DNA of 64,000 nucleotides, from assembly GCA_964016885.1 (NCBI GenBank), contig OZ024744.1, positions 71,858,001-71,922,000 on the forward strand. The letters run 5' to 3'. The stretch comes from Eledone cirrhosa. Taxonomy: Eukaryota. Below are positions 1 to 12,560 of this stretch, piece after piece. The notes beneath the pieces were generated by a model. That model worked only from the letters and a program-made list of their open reading frames with translations, did no database searches and was not told where the DNA came from. The number at the start of each line of letters is the position of its first letter. The stretch's first letter is position 1. The position numbers were made by a program, and so were the translations under genes.

Positions 1-6
1 TTCCAT

Positions 7-1730
7 TCATTTTTTTCTTTTTAGCCTTGGCATTTTAAGTTCTATTTCACTTGCCTCTCTGATTTGCCTATCTGCTGGGTCATTTCTATGAGTAGATATT
101 ATTTTAATTTCTATGTTGTCTATGTTACCGTCATGTTGTTGTCTGGCATGTTCGTATAGTACTGAACCGTTTTTTCGTCCTTTTAGTTCCCCCCAGTGTT
201 GGTCTATCCTTTCACCTATGCTACGAGCTGTCTCGCCTATGCATGTTGTTGTCATGTTTCTGCAAGTACCCTCTGTACATCTTATGCTATAGACTACGTT
301 TCTAGTTTTACAGTTTATCCGGGGGTTTACTTTACATATAATACATTTCCTATTAGTACAGTGGGTTCTCTTAAAAGGGTATTTTTGCTGATCAGGGACT
401 TTATGGTAGTTCCTGGTATTTCTACCACCTTAATCTTTAAGTGGGTCTTTCTCAGGGTCTTTCTACACTGGTTAGCTAATTTCCCTCCAGGGGTAGCGTC
501 CACGAACATGATACTCTGGTATCTCTGGTTGTCGTACCATGAGGTGGCTTTCCCTATCTTATGTTTAATCATATCTAAGCTATTCCATGATTTGCTCCTG
601 TATAATGGGCAAATTCCTTTCATGTCCAGTTCTATGAGGGTCTTATACTTCTCCGTGGCTCCTCCGTTTACTCTGATTCTGTATCTTTGGTTGTAGCTAG
701 AGAACTGCATGCGGTTGAAGTATTGGATGTGTCTTCCCATTTCTGTTGGGTCGCACATGCGGGACACGTTCTTCATCACTCGTACCAAGTCTGACATCAG
801 AATATTAAACTTAGCACTACTGGACATTGCTGAGTTTTTGAGTATCAGGTTTTTGGAGGCCATGGGTTTAGCTTAGTGTGAGTGGAGAATTTGGGCCCTC
901 TCGTCTATAGTGTTAATCTAGAGTTCCGTGTCTAATACAGGTAGTCTATTGTTAGGGTGTTTTGAAGGGTAGTCAATAGTTACAGTTATACTCTGGTGTA
1001 TGGAATTAGCTATCTGCTGGATACTTTCCATTGTGCTGCATTCTAGATCATACTTGTTAGTACTCTCTTGTGGGGGTGTCCTTATTACTATATTAATATC
1101 GTCTACATAACGAGAGTACATGATGAGGTCTATGGAACTCTCATCAAGGAGATCTTTGAGTCTCCTTTCCCACCATACCATAAAAAGGTTGGTAACGTCA
1201 CCAGCTATGCTGACGCCAATGGCTGCTCACTCATTTTGGGTGTAGATCTCGTTGAATTTGAAAATGTGGCCCTTTGGGATAGTTTTAATACTAGCCTCTA
1301 TTGCATGCGCGACCATTTTTCTCAGCTGATCATTGTTTTGGGGGTCTGTATGGATTTGGTCCACCCAATCCACCTTCCCATGGGAGTCATTTTTGCCATT
1401 GAGGTTATGGTGGTGGTGGTGGTGGTGGGGGGGGGGTCTACCTCTTATGGGTCTACTGGGGCAGAAACGGCTAAGGTCATGGCTGTCTAGGTAGTCGGTG
1501 TCATAGATAAGTCTAAGTAGGAGACCCAGTTCGTCTGTGTCGACGTTGCAGAACTCCACTTCACTCTCACTGATCGTCTCCACACATTTTTCCACAGCAA
1601 AATCAATGTTAATGGATGGGTATAGTGATACAACGTCCATACTGCTTATTATGCAGTTAGATAGGTTTTTGTTTTTGTTTCAGTGATTCTTCTGAGGAGG
1701 TCCTCTGTACTGTCACATTCATCTGGGGAC
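7..1730 (-). mobile_element. Decayed Penelope-like retroelement (RT, Cys-rich linker, GIY-YIG endonuclease); possibly Naiad-type
   Basis: Frameshifted ORFs give PLE RT motifs MDVVSLYPSI, YSRYVDDI, LPVLD and KPMASK..SAM. Manual re-framing of 240-375 gives PFKRTHCTNRKCIICKVNPRINCKTRNVVYSIRCTEGTC...CIGETARS...R...H...REA, a Zn finger followed by GIY-YIG. Clade assignment is inference. Confidence 0.9.
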
Positions 1731-1744
1731 ATGATTATGGGGCG

Positions 1745-1830
1745 TAATCCCGTCGAGATTAATTTTGCCTTTCATCCTAATGGGGTTGATAAAATAAAGT
1801 ACCAGTAATGGACTGGGTAATTGCTGGCCT
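1745..1830 (+). mobile_element. Fragment of the dominant tRNA-derived SINE (family A)
   Basis: Contains the family core ttttgcctttcatcc..ggggttgataaaataaagtaccagtaatg..ctgggtaattgctggcct. Confidence 0.8.
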
Positions 1831-2956
1831 TATATATATATATAAACTATAATAAAGTAAGAAGCGCGGGACTGCGTACGGTTTATAATTTTTTATCCCA
1901 TTAGTAAAATAAGTTGGATTACTTTGAATAAATAATGAATAAATATTACATAATTTATCTACTAAGTTTCGTGGCTGTTGATTAAATATATTTTATTGCT
2001 TATTTTAAGATTCATTTCTTTAAAATTTTCAAATGTCAACAATTCCGGTTAGCGATCGCTTAAATAAATATTCATATGTTTCTGTCACTAATTTTCTCCT
2101 AATGCAGTTTATATATAATATCGTCTTTTTTTTAATGTATCATGTATTACGTTACTGAATACAGAAGAGAGTGTATATTGTCAATTACGATTTTATTTGA
2201 TGTATCATATCTACATGCATATATACTTGCGTATAATATCAATATACACACTACACATGCTAGCAGAAAACCAATCGAAGGGTGGTTTTTCTCCTAGTAT
2301 ATATAACGTTGAAAGAAATAGAAGGGTAAACAGTGCAAAATGGACTGTAAGATGACGTAACAAAAAGTAAGTTACCTGATAATCTTTGTTTTGTTTTTTG
2401 TTGTTCTTCTTTCTTCAGTCCAATATTTCGGAACCTAAAAGTCAGGGTTTAAAGAACTTTCAATGGATAATGTTCCAATTTCCTCTCTTTGGGATTACAT
2501 TTTGATTTTGATTTAAGTCGTTTTCAATCGTTTTTTGATGGTTATTACGCTTTTCACGAGAATGACGTCAACTGCCAATATAGTATTTCGCGAAATCAAT
2601 TTTCCTTTCTGTATGAGATGTTTAGTTTGTGTGCCTGTGGGTGTGTCTTTTATGTCAGGTACTGTGTGTTGAGTTTATCGCTCTACATGGCTGAATACAA
2701 GAAATGTAAATCTGAATTTTCGAATATTAATAATAATATTCGATTCGTTTATGCAAACAGTCTCTTAAGCCATGTAAATAGAATGACCCGTTATTCTTGC
2801 TCTTGTGTTGGCATATAAACAGAACGGCAGACACTATTACCCGTCATCAGTACCGTATACTGCTCACCTGCCAACTGTCAGACTTAGTGACAATATGATA
2901 TTTTCTGGAATATACAGTGACTGATGGTTCTGATTTGATGGATTATTAGTTTCGTT

Positions 2957-3016
2957 AACACACACACACACACACACAGACACACGCACACGTGCATACA
3001 CACACACACATGCACG

Positions 3017-3095
<79 letters not shown>

Positions 3096-3119
3096 GTATA
3101 TATATATATATATATATAT
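2957..3119. repeat. Compound (CA)n(TA)n microsatellite, representative of dozens of similar tracts in the window
   Basis: Direct reading; similar tracts at about 5.56-5.81, 24.6, 25.6, 26.8, 30.0, 36.3, 37.9, 41.0 and 43.7 kb. Confidence 0.95.
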
Positions 3120-3175
3120 TTCGTTTTTGAATTTGTTTAGCAAGATTCTTTATCTGAAAACGTGTGTTGAAACCG

Positions 3176-3810
3176 ATATTGTTATACTTTGGGAGGGTCA
3201 TGTTGCCAATAAGAAACACACGCACGAGTTACTTTCACTCCAATTTATTATAAATTAAATTATAAGTTAAAATTTTTTTATAAATTTCCGGTTGGTTGGT
3301 TGGTTTCACAACCGGATGGTTGTTCATATATTGTCAATGTTCTTTCGTCACATATTCTGTGACCTCATCAGTGACCGGGGATTCTTTTCTTTGTTTTGTG
3401 CCTCTCCTTTGTTCTGTCCTACGCCATCTTGTTTTGTGTGTGTTGTGTGCTTAGTTTGCGCATGTGTTACATCAATAATAAACAAATAAAAACACACACA
3501 GATACCCGGATGTAACACATGCGCAAACTAAGCACACAACACACACAAAAACAAGATGGCGTAGGACAGAACAAAGGAGAGGCACAAAACAAAGAACAAA
3601 TCCCCGGTCACTGATGAGGTCACATAATGTGTGACGAAAGAACTTTGACAATATATGAACAACCATCCGGTTGTGGAACCAAACAACCAACCAACCGGAA
3701 ATTTATAAAAAATCTTTAATTTATAATTTAATTTATAATAAATTGGAGTGAAAGCAACTGGTGCGTGTGTTTCTTATTTGCAACATGACACTCCCAAAGT
3801 ATAACAATAT
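3176..3810. repeat. Imperfect palindrome with about 300-bp arms (3176-3473 / 3509-3810) between (TA)n tracts
   Basis: Arms are reverse complements with scattered mismatches, e.g. atattgttatactttgggag / ctcccaaagtataacaatat; 35-nt spacer. Confidence 0.92.
3607..3649 (+). ncRNA. Minimal type I hammerhead ribozyme-like motif (mirror copy 3333-3375 on minus strand has a broken A15.1-U16.1 pair)
   Basis: GTCA-CTGATGA-G-GTCACA(TAATG)TGTGAC-GAAA-GAAC-TT-TGAC: 4-bp stem I, 6-bp stem II, vestigial stem III. Confidence 0.55.
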
Positions 3811-3884
3811 ATATATATATATATATAAATATAAAGATAGCGATGGAATAATTAATGGACACGTACAAAATTTACTGGGTATCT

Positions 3885-4000
3885 TTTACTCTCTTTCCTG
3901 TTCCAGACATCCGGCTGAGGCCATGCTGGGGGCACCGCCCTTCAATTATGAACGACTAAATAAAAGTGGTGCCCCAGCATAACCGCAGTTTAATGAAGTT
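3885..4000. mobile_element. Short palindromic MITE-like repeat
   Basis: atgctgggggcacc ... ggtgccccagcat inverted repeat; a related end sequence occurs near 28420-28455. Confidence 0.5.
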
Positions 4001-4405
4001 TGGAGCGCTAAAAGGTTTCTGGAGTGAAAAACAAACTAGATTTTATATTCACTGAAGAAAGTCTTTTAGACTGTGAATTTTATAAATAAAACATTACGTG
4101 TAATATTTATACGCATTATATTACCTTCCAATCATTTAAATGTAACCGACATTAATGCCTTCAAAAATTGCCTCGAAACGCAATAGTATTTTTGTTTTCT
4201 CTAATTCTCTCAATTACAGTTGACTTCAACGCAATTGAGGCCTAGTGAGCCAGTGTGGAAGCGTCTACAGAATCTGCTACAAATCACACCTCACCATCTT
4301 GAAAAAGAAATAAGTAATTAGGTAACGCAATTCTAGAAGAACAGTACCAGTAATGCACTGGGTAATTGCTGGCCTTGTGCCAAAGGTAGAAACAATTATT
4401 TGATA

Positions 4406-4613
4406 GGGTGGTGTATTGGCAGTATCGGTAGAGGGTCAGAGGCCATGGTTTCTAGCATAGAGTTACGTCATTTTATGATCTGAGTTCAAATCCCGCCGAG
4501 GTTAACTTTGCCTTTCATCCTTACGGTGTCGATAAAATAAAGTACCAGTAATGCATGGGGGGGGGGGGGTAATTGCTGGCCTTGTGCCAAAAGTAGAAAC
4601 AATTATTATTATT
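4406..4613 (+). mobile_element. SINE family A, full length, preceded by an isolated tail fragment at 4344-4400
   Basis: tRNA-like head (A box tggcagtatcggtaga, B box gagttcaaatccc), conserved core, tail ccttgtgccaaaagtagaaac(aat/att)n. Confidence 0.88.
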
Positions 4614-5580
4614 TGATATATCCCATATTTACATGTATTGGATAATATAGGCCTAGATACACTATGTCTCTTCATTCAAAACCGATGGGCTGATCACCAT
4701 AGGACACATTTGATCATAGGTATGTTGGATCAGTGCTAAGTTAAGATGGAAACACAGTAACAGCACTAAACCACTTGCCAAATTTGTTCATAATAATTAT
4801 ATACATATCTCAATTATTGGTATTAAGTGTTGTTCTTAAACATCCCAACCGCAAATGTATTGTTCAGTATGTGGGAATGCATGTGTATGTGTTTTCTTAG
4901 GTGTATGTGTCATGAGGGTATGTGTTAATTTGAGTGCTTGTGTGTGAATGCATGTGTGTGGAGGGGGTGATGCATTTTTGTATGCTTGTGTGTGTTTGAA
5001 TCTGAAGGGGGTTTCGTATTTGTATTTTTATATGTGAGTATGCGCTTTTTTTATGTGTGTGTATTTGTATGAGGGTAGTTCTGTGCATGTGTTTCTATGC
5101 CGTTGAGTAGATGTATGTCTTTCTTTGTGCTTGCGTGTGTGTGTGTTTATATGCGTGTATATTTACATGCATTAACATGAACATATGACTGTGTTTCTCT
5201 CTATATATATACGTATGTAAAATGTATGTTTATCTATGTATATATATTTGGCTGTATATTTAGTTATTTTTAGGTATTTTTATGTTTAAGTGTTTCTGAA
5301 ACTTTTTCTTTTTTTTTTTCATATTTGTTTTTGCTTGTGCATTTATGTGTAAAGGTTTGTTTTGAGGGTTTGTACGTGTTTGTATGTGCGCTCATGTGTT
5401 TGGATATGTATTTGCGTGTGCATTCGAGGGGTTGACTAAGGATTTGTGCATGCGCTTTTGTATGCATGTATGTGTTTAAGTATTTTTACGTGTATCAGTA
5501 TTTATGTTTGTATTAGCTTGTATTTATGCGCATGTATGAGTGTTTACAGAGAAAATCCTCTTTACACACACACACACACG

Positions 5581-5639
<59 letters not shown>

Positions 5640-5661
5640 ATATATATATAATATATATAAT

Positions 5662-5713
<52 letters not shown>

Positions 5714-5816
5714 CACACATATATATATATGCATACACATATATATATATATATGTGTATGTGTGTGTGTGTTTGTGCGTGCGTGTGTGAGTTTGTGTGT
5801 GTGTGTGTGAGATATC

Positions 5817-5872
<56 letters not shown>

Positions 5873-6157
5873 TTTCTATTCTTATTTTACCGAGTTCCCC
5901 AGAATAGTAATGATAACGAAACCACAAATTCTTTAACTGCTTTTTTTTTTATTTGCAAGTCTTCGGGTTAGGTTGTCAATTAGAGAAGAGAGGAAAGAGA
6001 GTAAGATAAATAAGATAGAATGAAACAAAACAACAAGACTTTGGAATTTCTCGCTGAAGCTCTACTTTTCTAACTGTATTGTCTCAAGCCCCTCAAACCT
6101 CCTCGTCGCCCCCCCAACCCACAAAAAAGCACAATACAATGTCAGGCTATATATTCT

Positions 6158-6159
<2 letters not shown>

Positions 6160-6195
<36 letters not shown>

Positions 6196-6530
6196 ATAGT
6201 AGTAACCGCAGTCGTAATAGTGGGTGGGGGTGTGGATAGTAGTAGTATTAGTGGTGGTGGTGGTGGTGGTGGAGGAGGCGGTGGTGGTGGTGGTATTGAA
6301 GGTTGGTGGTAGTGGTAGTGATTGAGTTGGTGGTAATGGTGTTGGTAGTAGTAGTAGTAGTGTTGGTAGTGATGGTGGTGGTAGTGATGGTGATTGTGGA
6401 GGGGGGGGGGGTAATAGTGGTGATTGTGGTGGTGGCGGTAGTAGTAGTAGTTGTTGTTTATGTTGAAATTGTCGTCATCGTTGTGGCTGTTGTTGCTGTT
6501 ACTGTTACTGTTGCTGCTACTACTGCTGCA
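6160..6530. repeat. Low-complexity (GTA)n/(GGT)n/(GTT)n trinucleotide region
   Basis: Direct reading; source of the poly-Val and poly-Gly pseudo-ORFs. Confidence 0.9.
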
Positions 6531-7249
6531 TAGCTTCGGGTCAGTCTTTATCGAGCAAATCTTTGATAAAATGCACTGAAGCCGCTGACAACTAGTGTTT
6601 TATTCAAACACCATATTATGCAATCTACATTTCATTGTTGTTGTTAATGTTGTTTAACTACACAACAGTTCTACTCAAGGAATTGTGATGAATCCGCCGT
6701 CAGTTTCAACGATGAGCATTCAGTTATTGGATCAACTGAAAATCTTACTCGTTAAATTAACAAATAACAAGTTGAGTATTCCACAGAGACGTCCATCTTT
6801 AACGTAATTGTCAGTCATCGTGATGTTGTGAGAAGGCTGTGTCTTTCAGCTATAAGTACAATCCTTTTGAAGGACACAGTATCCGTCTACATAGTTTTAC
6901 TGACAACCCGTGACTATGATAAAAAGCACTTTTATAAGATGACACTCAAATAAGACTGAACCTGGAATTCCATGATTGTAGAACGAACTTCTTAACCATT
7001 CAAACATAAATCCATCGGCAAATCATTGAACACCATTTGCATTGAATAAAGGAATTCTAGTCACGAGTTTCCCCGTCTTTGCAGATATATTTAGTATCTC
7101 AGACTATATTGTCTAATATGTTCTGAATCTTTGAAAAAGGACAGTAGGAAGTTATTTGAGATATATCTGACAACTTTTCCTAGCAGGTTAATCGTAGAGA
7201 TTCTATCATTGGTTCCGAATTATATCGTTTGAATTTGCAATTGCATTTT

Positions 7250-7985
7250 CATCATTTTGCTCCCATTTAGTACACAGTCTCTGTTGACTTTCATGTTTTG
7301 TCAACATTTTGATGTTTTTGCTGCTTTAATTGCTGAATCCCCATCATTTTCAAAATGTATTCCCAGTTCTTCCGCAAACTTCCTATTGTTCTTTGTGACA
7401 GAATATAACCTCTTCTTCTTTCTTTCGTAATCCACAACCATTTTCATCATTCAGCCATCTGATCGAGTCAAATGGTTGATATTTTGCATGACAGCCCAAG
7501 CTGGAAGATTCCTCTATCTCCGTTTTGTCTAGAGAAATAAAGGTGATCCACATTTTGGTGCTTTTGGGTGATGTAGGTTATTACAGGCTAGAAGTTACCT
7601 GATTTTGGTGTCCATTTTCTTTATTTCATTAATGTTACAAATTATGATATTAATACTATTGGTGACAACTAGGATTGGAAGCACATTTATGGCAGATAGC
7701 TTATTCTTTGAGTTGAGCTCAGTTTTTAAGACAACACATACCCTCAGGTAAAATACTTTCCTGATTCTCTCTTTCATGCGGACATTTTGAATACCTTGGC
7801 TTTATTGATCCCTAGATAACTGTAGGCTTGTTGTTATTCTAGTTCCCTAATTACTTTATTCACATCTATTTCCATCAAGTTTATGCTTGTTATTCTGTCT
7901 TTATTGAATTTTGCACATTTTTCCAATCCAAACTCCATCGTTACAGCTTAACTGTTTCCAACAGTCCTAATTTGCTGTGATTTTT
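7250..7985 (-). mobile_element. Degenerate R4/Dong-type LINE RT C-terminal fragment
   Basis: MKERIRKVFYLRVCVVLKTELNSKNKLSAIN..DTKIR matches the element at 16377-17438 (MRERIRKECYRRVRAILRTELNARNRIDAIN); MEFGLEKCAK upstream. Confidence 0.8.
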
Positions 7986-8000
7986 GGCTTAAAAGTGTGT

Positions 8001-8338
8001 CAGTCAATCGACTTTCGTCAAATTGGACCGAGGAAACAATGTTTCCATTGGTCTTTCCAATTGCTACTACTATCTATCAGTCGCAACCCCAGGTAGAAGG
8101 AGCAGCATGAAATAAAGTGTCTCGCTGAACGTGTGTGGCTGAGTGGTTAGAGAATTGGATTCCCAATCTTGATGTTGTGATTTCGATTCCTGGACTGGGC
8201 GATGCGTTATGTCCTCGAGGAAGACATTATATCTCACGTTGCTACCTGGTTTTGCGACCGATAGGTAGTATTAGCAATTGGAAAGACCGACGAAAAAACA
8301 TTGTTTCCTCGGTCCGATTTGACGAAAGTCGATCGATC
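8001..8338. mobile_element. Two divergent copies of a second tRNA-derived SINE (family B): truncated minus copy 8001-8130 and plus copy 8132-8338
   Basis: Head gtggctgagtggttag..ttcgattcc, body tgtcctcgaggaagacatt, tail caattggaaagacc..cctcggtccgatttgacgaaagtcgat; same tail at 35370-35437 and 36095-36170. Confidence 0.75.
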
Positions 8339-8659
8339 CTTCCTGGCTTACAAATCATCCACATCCACTAGATGATTTATCGTTTTGCTGTCTATTTTGT
8401 AGCCATATTATTTTTTATTGAGTGCTAAAACAGCAGTGTGAGTGCACTGCAAAATATCAGAGGAGAATACGAATCACCCTGAAAAATACCGCAGTTAATA
8501 CTTATGCTACCGGAATTTATAGTTCCGTTATTGTATGAGAGTGACAGATTTGTACTCCATTCAGACATGTTATATTTCAGGAAGTTTGATATTACTAGGG
8601 ACATATACAGAACATTCCAAAGTTTTCAAAATCCATTAGTGGGGAACAGTATCAACCGC

Positions 8660-9077
8660 TTTAGGCCGAGTCGGCAGAGCTTTGGACAATATAGAGTTAC
8701 GGTCATTTACGTTCTGAATTCAAATCCTGCCGAGCTTAGCTTTGCCTTTCATCCTTCCGGGGTCGATAAAATAAAGTACCAGTAGCGCACTGCGGTCGTT
8801 TTAATCGACTTTCTCCTCTTCCCGAATTGCTGGCCTCGTAGAAATAATTATCATTATCATTATTATTATTTGGTGGACGGTGGATTGGCAGTATCGGTAG
8901 AGGGTCGGACGCCATGCTTTCCAGCAGAGTTACGTCCCTTTACGATCTGAGTTCAAATCCCGCCGAGGTTGACTTTGCCTTTCATCCTTACGGGGTCGAT
9001 AAAATAAAGTACCAGTAATGCACTGGGTAATTGCTGGCCTTGTGCCTAAAGTAGAAACAATTATCATTATTATTATT
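8660..9077 (+). mobile_element. Two tandem SINE family A copies (about 8660-8870 and 8875-9077)
   Basis: Family head, core and tail, each followed by (ATT)n. Confidence 0.87.
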
Positions 9078-9463
9078 TAAAAACAACCACATTATCTCAG
9101 AGAGTGGGAAACTCCGAGTATCACAGATTAAATTAAAAGCAATAAATAAAATATAATTGAAAACCAACGCATGTAAGTCACGTTCATGAAATTTATTGAT
9201 TGTTGATATATTACAAGCGTACATATGAAATCATGCGCGTGACGAACGATGGATATAAGACCGTCACACACTAACACAACAAACATTAAAAATAAAACAA
9301 ATATACATCGTATAATTCTATTGAAAGTAAATAAAAATACGGTGGTACAAACGATACGATAAATATAAGGGGAACATTTCGAAAAGACAAAATGACGTCA
9401 TTCTAAAACAAAATCCAGAGTTTACCCACCAAGTGCCACAAATAAAATGAAAAATATATAAAC

Positions 9464-9774
9464 CAGGGGTGTGCAACATATTCCATTGGCGGATCACTTT
9501 TGAACATTGGAACAACTATTAGGGCGATTAATATTTATTAAGCACTATTCCAAAGATTCGCCACAACTTCTTTCCATAACATGGAACCGGAAAATTATAA
9601 CAGACATAAGTGAAGCCCTTTAGTATAGGTCAACTAACAGAAAATTGTATTATGGTTACGAAAAAAATTCTAAATAAACCTACAAGGTAAAATATAAAAA
9701 CGGTCAACGCAGGGCACTCTGACTGGTCTAGCGGGTTGGATTGTGGCCCGCAGGTCGTCTGTTGCACGTCCCTG
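9464..9774. mobile_element. hAT-type MITE
   Basis: TIRs CAGGGGTGTGCAAC / GTTGCACGTCCCTG; 8-bp TSD atataaac / atataaat; subterminal ggcccgc motif. Confidence 0.8.
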
Positions 9775-9954
9775 ATATAAATGAACTCGAAGGGAAGATA
9801 TTTCGATTCTATATGCATATTTTACGGCAACCTAAAAACGATAATACAACAGTAAAAACGTATAAAACCTGAAAGAAAAATAACCTACATCCAGATTTAA
9901 ATTTCGCCCCCCCAACTAGCAAATCTAAGAAGATATCTATGAAAAAACGAAAAT

Positions 9955-10205
9955 CTCATCATCCTCATTCGGCGGTCCCAGCAGAAATCGACTCAACAAT
10001 TGATCTCCACATGGGTCTGTCGTTCATTTCTCTGTCGTTCATTGCTGTTGGCAAGTGCTGGATTTCAATACCAGAATCTCTGGAGATACATCGGGATAGG
10101 AGAGCTTGCGCTCCCTGTTATTAGTGACTGCTTGTGGTTTCCAAAGCATTAGTGGGGACACAGCCTCAGAGGTGGCACGATGGCAGTGGCCAGCAAATCT
10201 TACTC
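9955..10205 (-). mobile_element. 3' end of an RTE/RTEX-type LINE
   Basis: Manual translation FAGHCHRATSEAVSPLMLWKP..RKLSYPDV/SRDSGI..AMNDR..WRSIVESIS*, followed by a (GAT)-like tail. Confidence 0.7.
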
Positions 10206-10439
10206 TCCTTTTACGTACAACAACAAATATGAGTAGGAGGCCGGTTTAGAATATATAAAAGAACAAATACATTACAAAAACACGAATAAGGATCACAAAA
10301 CAAATAACGAACATTGAAATATTGTAAATTTAAGCCTCGAAGATAGAACCAACATATCTAAAACAGATAAAGTTAACGACTATGCATACCAGTTTCCCCT
10401 CTCCCTGTCATTGATGTTGTTCTAGGGAAAATCTAAGGT

Positions 10440-10600
10440 CGATATAGCTTGGCACCAGTGACGTGCCAATCCATATTTACAGCTGAGTAAACTAAATAAA
10501 AATGAAATAGTGTCTTGCTTAAGAACACAATAAACAGCCCGGTCCAGGAATCGAACTCACAACTTCGAACTCTAACCACTAAGCCATGCTCCTTCACAAC
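10440..10600 (-). mobile_element. Degenerate tRNA-derived SINE related to family B
   Basis: Reverse complement reads catggcttagtggttagag..gagttcgattcctggaccg..tgtgttcttaagcaagacact. Confidence 0.6.
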
Positions 10601-10649
10601 CAATAAAAATCTGACTCAGGTCATGTGTTGACCTGAGTCAGAAATACAG

Positions 10650-12480
10650 ATGAAAAGGAAAACGAGGAGGAAAATGTAGGAAAAAGAATCCTAAAGTAGG
10701 AATTCATAACCGAAATAGGATAAAGATGGAAATAATCCAAGAACTACAAACAATAGATCTCTCTTTCGATCAACAAATATACCTCTTAAAGTTAAAGATC
10801 CATAATAAAATAGCAACAACATCAACAAAAATATGCTAACCTGGACAACATAGACTTAATTAACACAGACAGAATCACTAGTACCACAAGACGAAATAAT
10901 ATAATATATGTAGTAGCCACACTGATGTTACAAAAGAACGTGGGTACTCACATAGATCTAGATAAACAAGACTAACAAAACAAAAAGATTGAAAATATAA
11001 GACTGCACAATCTCAAATGAAATAAGAAAGAAAACAACACAACTAGGGAAAAGGAAGAAAATAAAAAATACTAACGAAATATAATATAAAGGAAAATCAT
11101 TGAAGCCAAGGAATGCCTAAATCAACAAATACTTGCGAAGTCACAAAGAATCCGAGGATACAAAAAATGCCAACAGTCTTTTGAACAAAACCAACAATTT
11201 CACTCAAACCCAAAACGATTCTACCAGGAACTTGATAAAAAAAAACAAGCCAGAGGAAAATATAGTCCCCAATGTAAAACACGTAGAAGAGTTCTAGGGA
11301 GAATTGTGGGTAGCAGAGGAATGACCATGCACAGGACTAATTAGAACAACGACGGCAGCACATGAACAACTATGGGGAGACATAACAGCAGAGGAATTGT
11401 CTAATATACTAAAAATAGCAAGCAACTGCAAGGCACCGGGGCATGACGCAATTCCAAACTTCTGGTCGAAATATTTAACATGGCGTTCTTGCAAAAATGT
11501 TTAATGAGATGCTGACTGAGGCAAAAATAACATCTGCGTGGCTCACTAAGAGGAAACTACCCTGATCACCAAGAATGACACAGCAAAGTAAAAAAAAAAT
11601 ACAGTCTCATAACATGCCTTGCTACAACCTGCAAGACTTTAACTGCAATAATATCACAAAAACTGACAATCACCCTGAAGAAAAAAACTTGCATCTAGAA
11701 GAGCAGAAAGGATACTGCAAATGCTGATACGGGTGTAAAAAGCAGTTGCCAATCAATAAAGCAATAAGAGAAAATGGCAGAAAAGAAAATCTCGCCATGG
11801 CATAGCTTGATTCCCAGAAGGCTTTTGAGAGTGCTTCCCACATGTGGATATTGAGCACATTAGCTATGTAACCAATAACAAAGTAGCACCAACATTAAAA
11901 GCATTCATTGACCATACCGTAAGTGGCAAACCGTTCTGCCGATACAAACGAAAGATAAATGTATAAAGACTGAGATCACTAAATAGCCATGGAATTTGGA
12001 CTAGAAATATGTGCCAAGGTAACTCTGAAGAGAGGAAAACTAGTTAAAAACACTAATACCAAGGTAGATAAAGAACCCGAGTCATTAAACAAAAACATAC
12101 AAATATGTAATTATCAATGAACTAGACTGAGCCCAATACATAAAGATTAAAGAAAAGATTATAAAAGAATACTATCGACAGATTAAATTACTATTTAAGA
12201 CAGAACTAAGTGCTAAGAATAAGGTAATAGGCTTCAATACTCTAGCGATCCTAATAAAAGCACAGGGACGTAGAGGCCTTATGCAACTAAAACACTATTA
12301 CAAAACAACAAATATAAAACTACAAAAATATTTAATGAAGTGTAATGGGAATTTAATAAAAATAGCCAAGTAACACAAAGAAAACAAAAATTGGTGTCGC
12401 CGAGAAAGCCAACAAATGTGAAATTAAAGCTAAACTAACAGAAAATGAGCAACATCTGGATAAAAATGAAAATTATACAA
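10650..12480 (+). mobile_element. Heavily decayed R4/Dong-type LINE
   Basis: Remnant motifs KAPGHDAIPNFW, EEQKGYC, MEFGLEICAKV and KTELSAKNKVIGFNTLAI with many stops and frameshifts. Confidence 0.75.
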
Positions 12481-12495
12481 CTCGACAGGTAACTT

Positions 12496-12547
<52 letters not shown>

Positions 12548-12560
12548 GTAATAATAATAA

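Noticed and set aside
1391-1439. Poly-His run in the PLE RT ORF
   Set aside because: A (CCA)n/poly-C slippage expansion in a dead element, not a functional motif.
2265-2298. Helitron 3' end (hairpin followed by CTAG|T)
   Set aside because: AT-rich hairpin directly abutting CTAG with no identifiable 5' end; insufficient support.
4046-4080. attca-CTGAAGA-AAGTC..GACT-G-tgaat
   Set aside because: Stem I- and II-like pairing is present, but GAAA, stem III and the cleavage triplet are absent; cannot be separated from chance.
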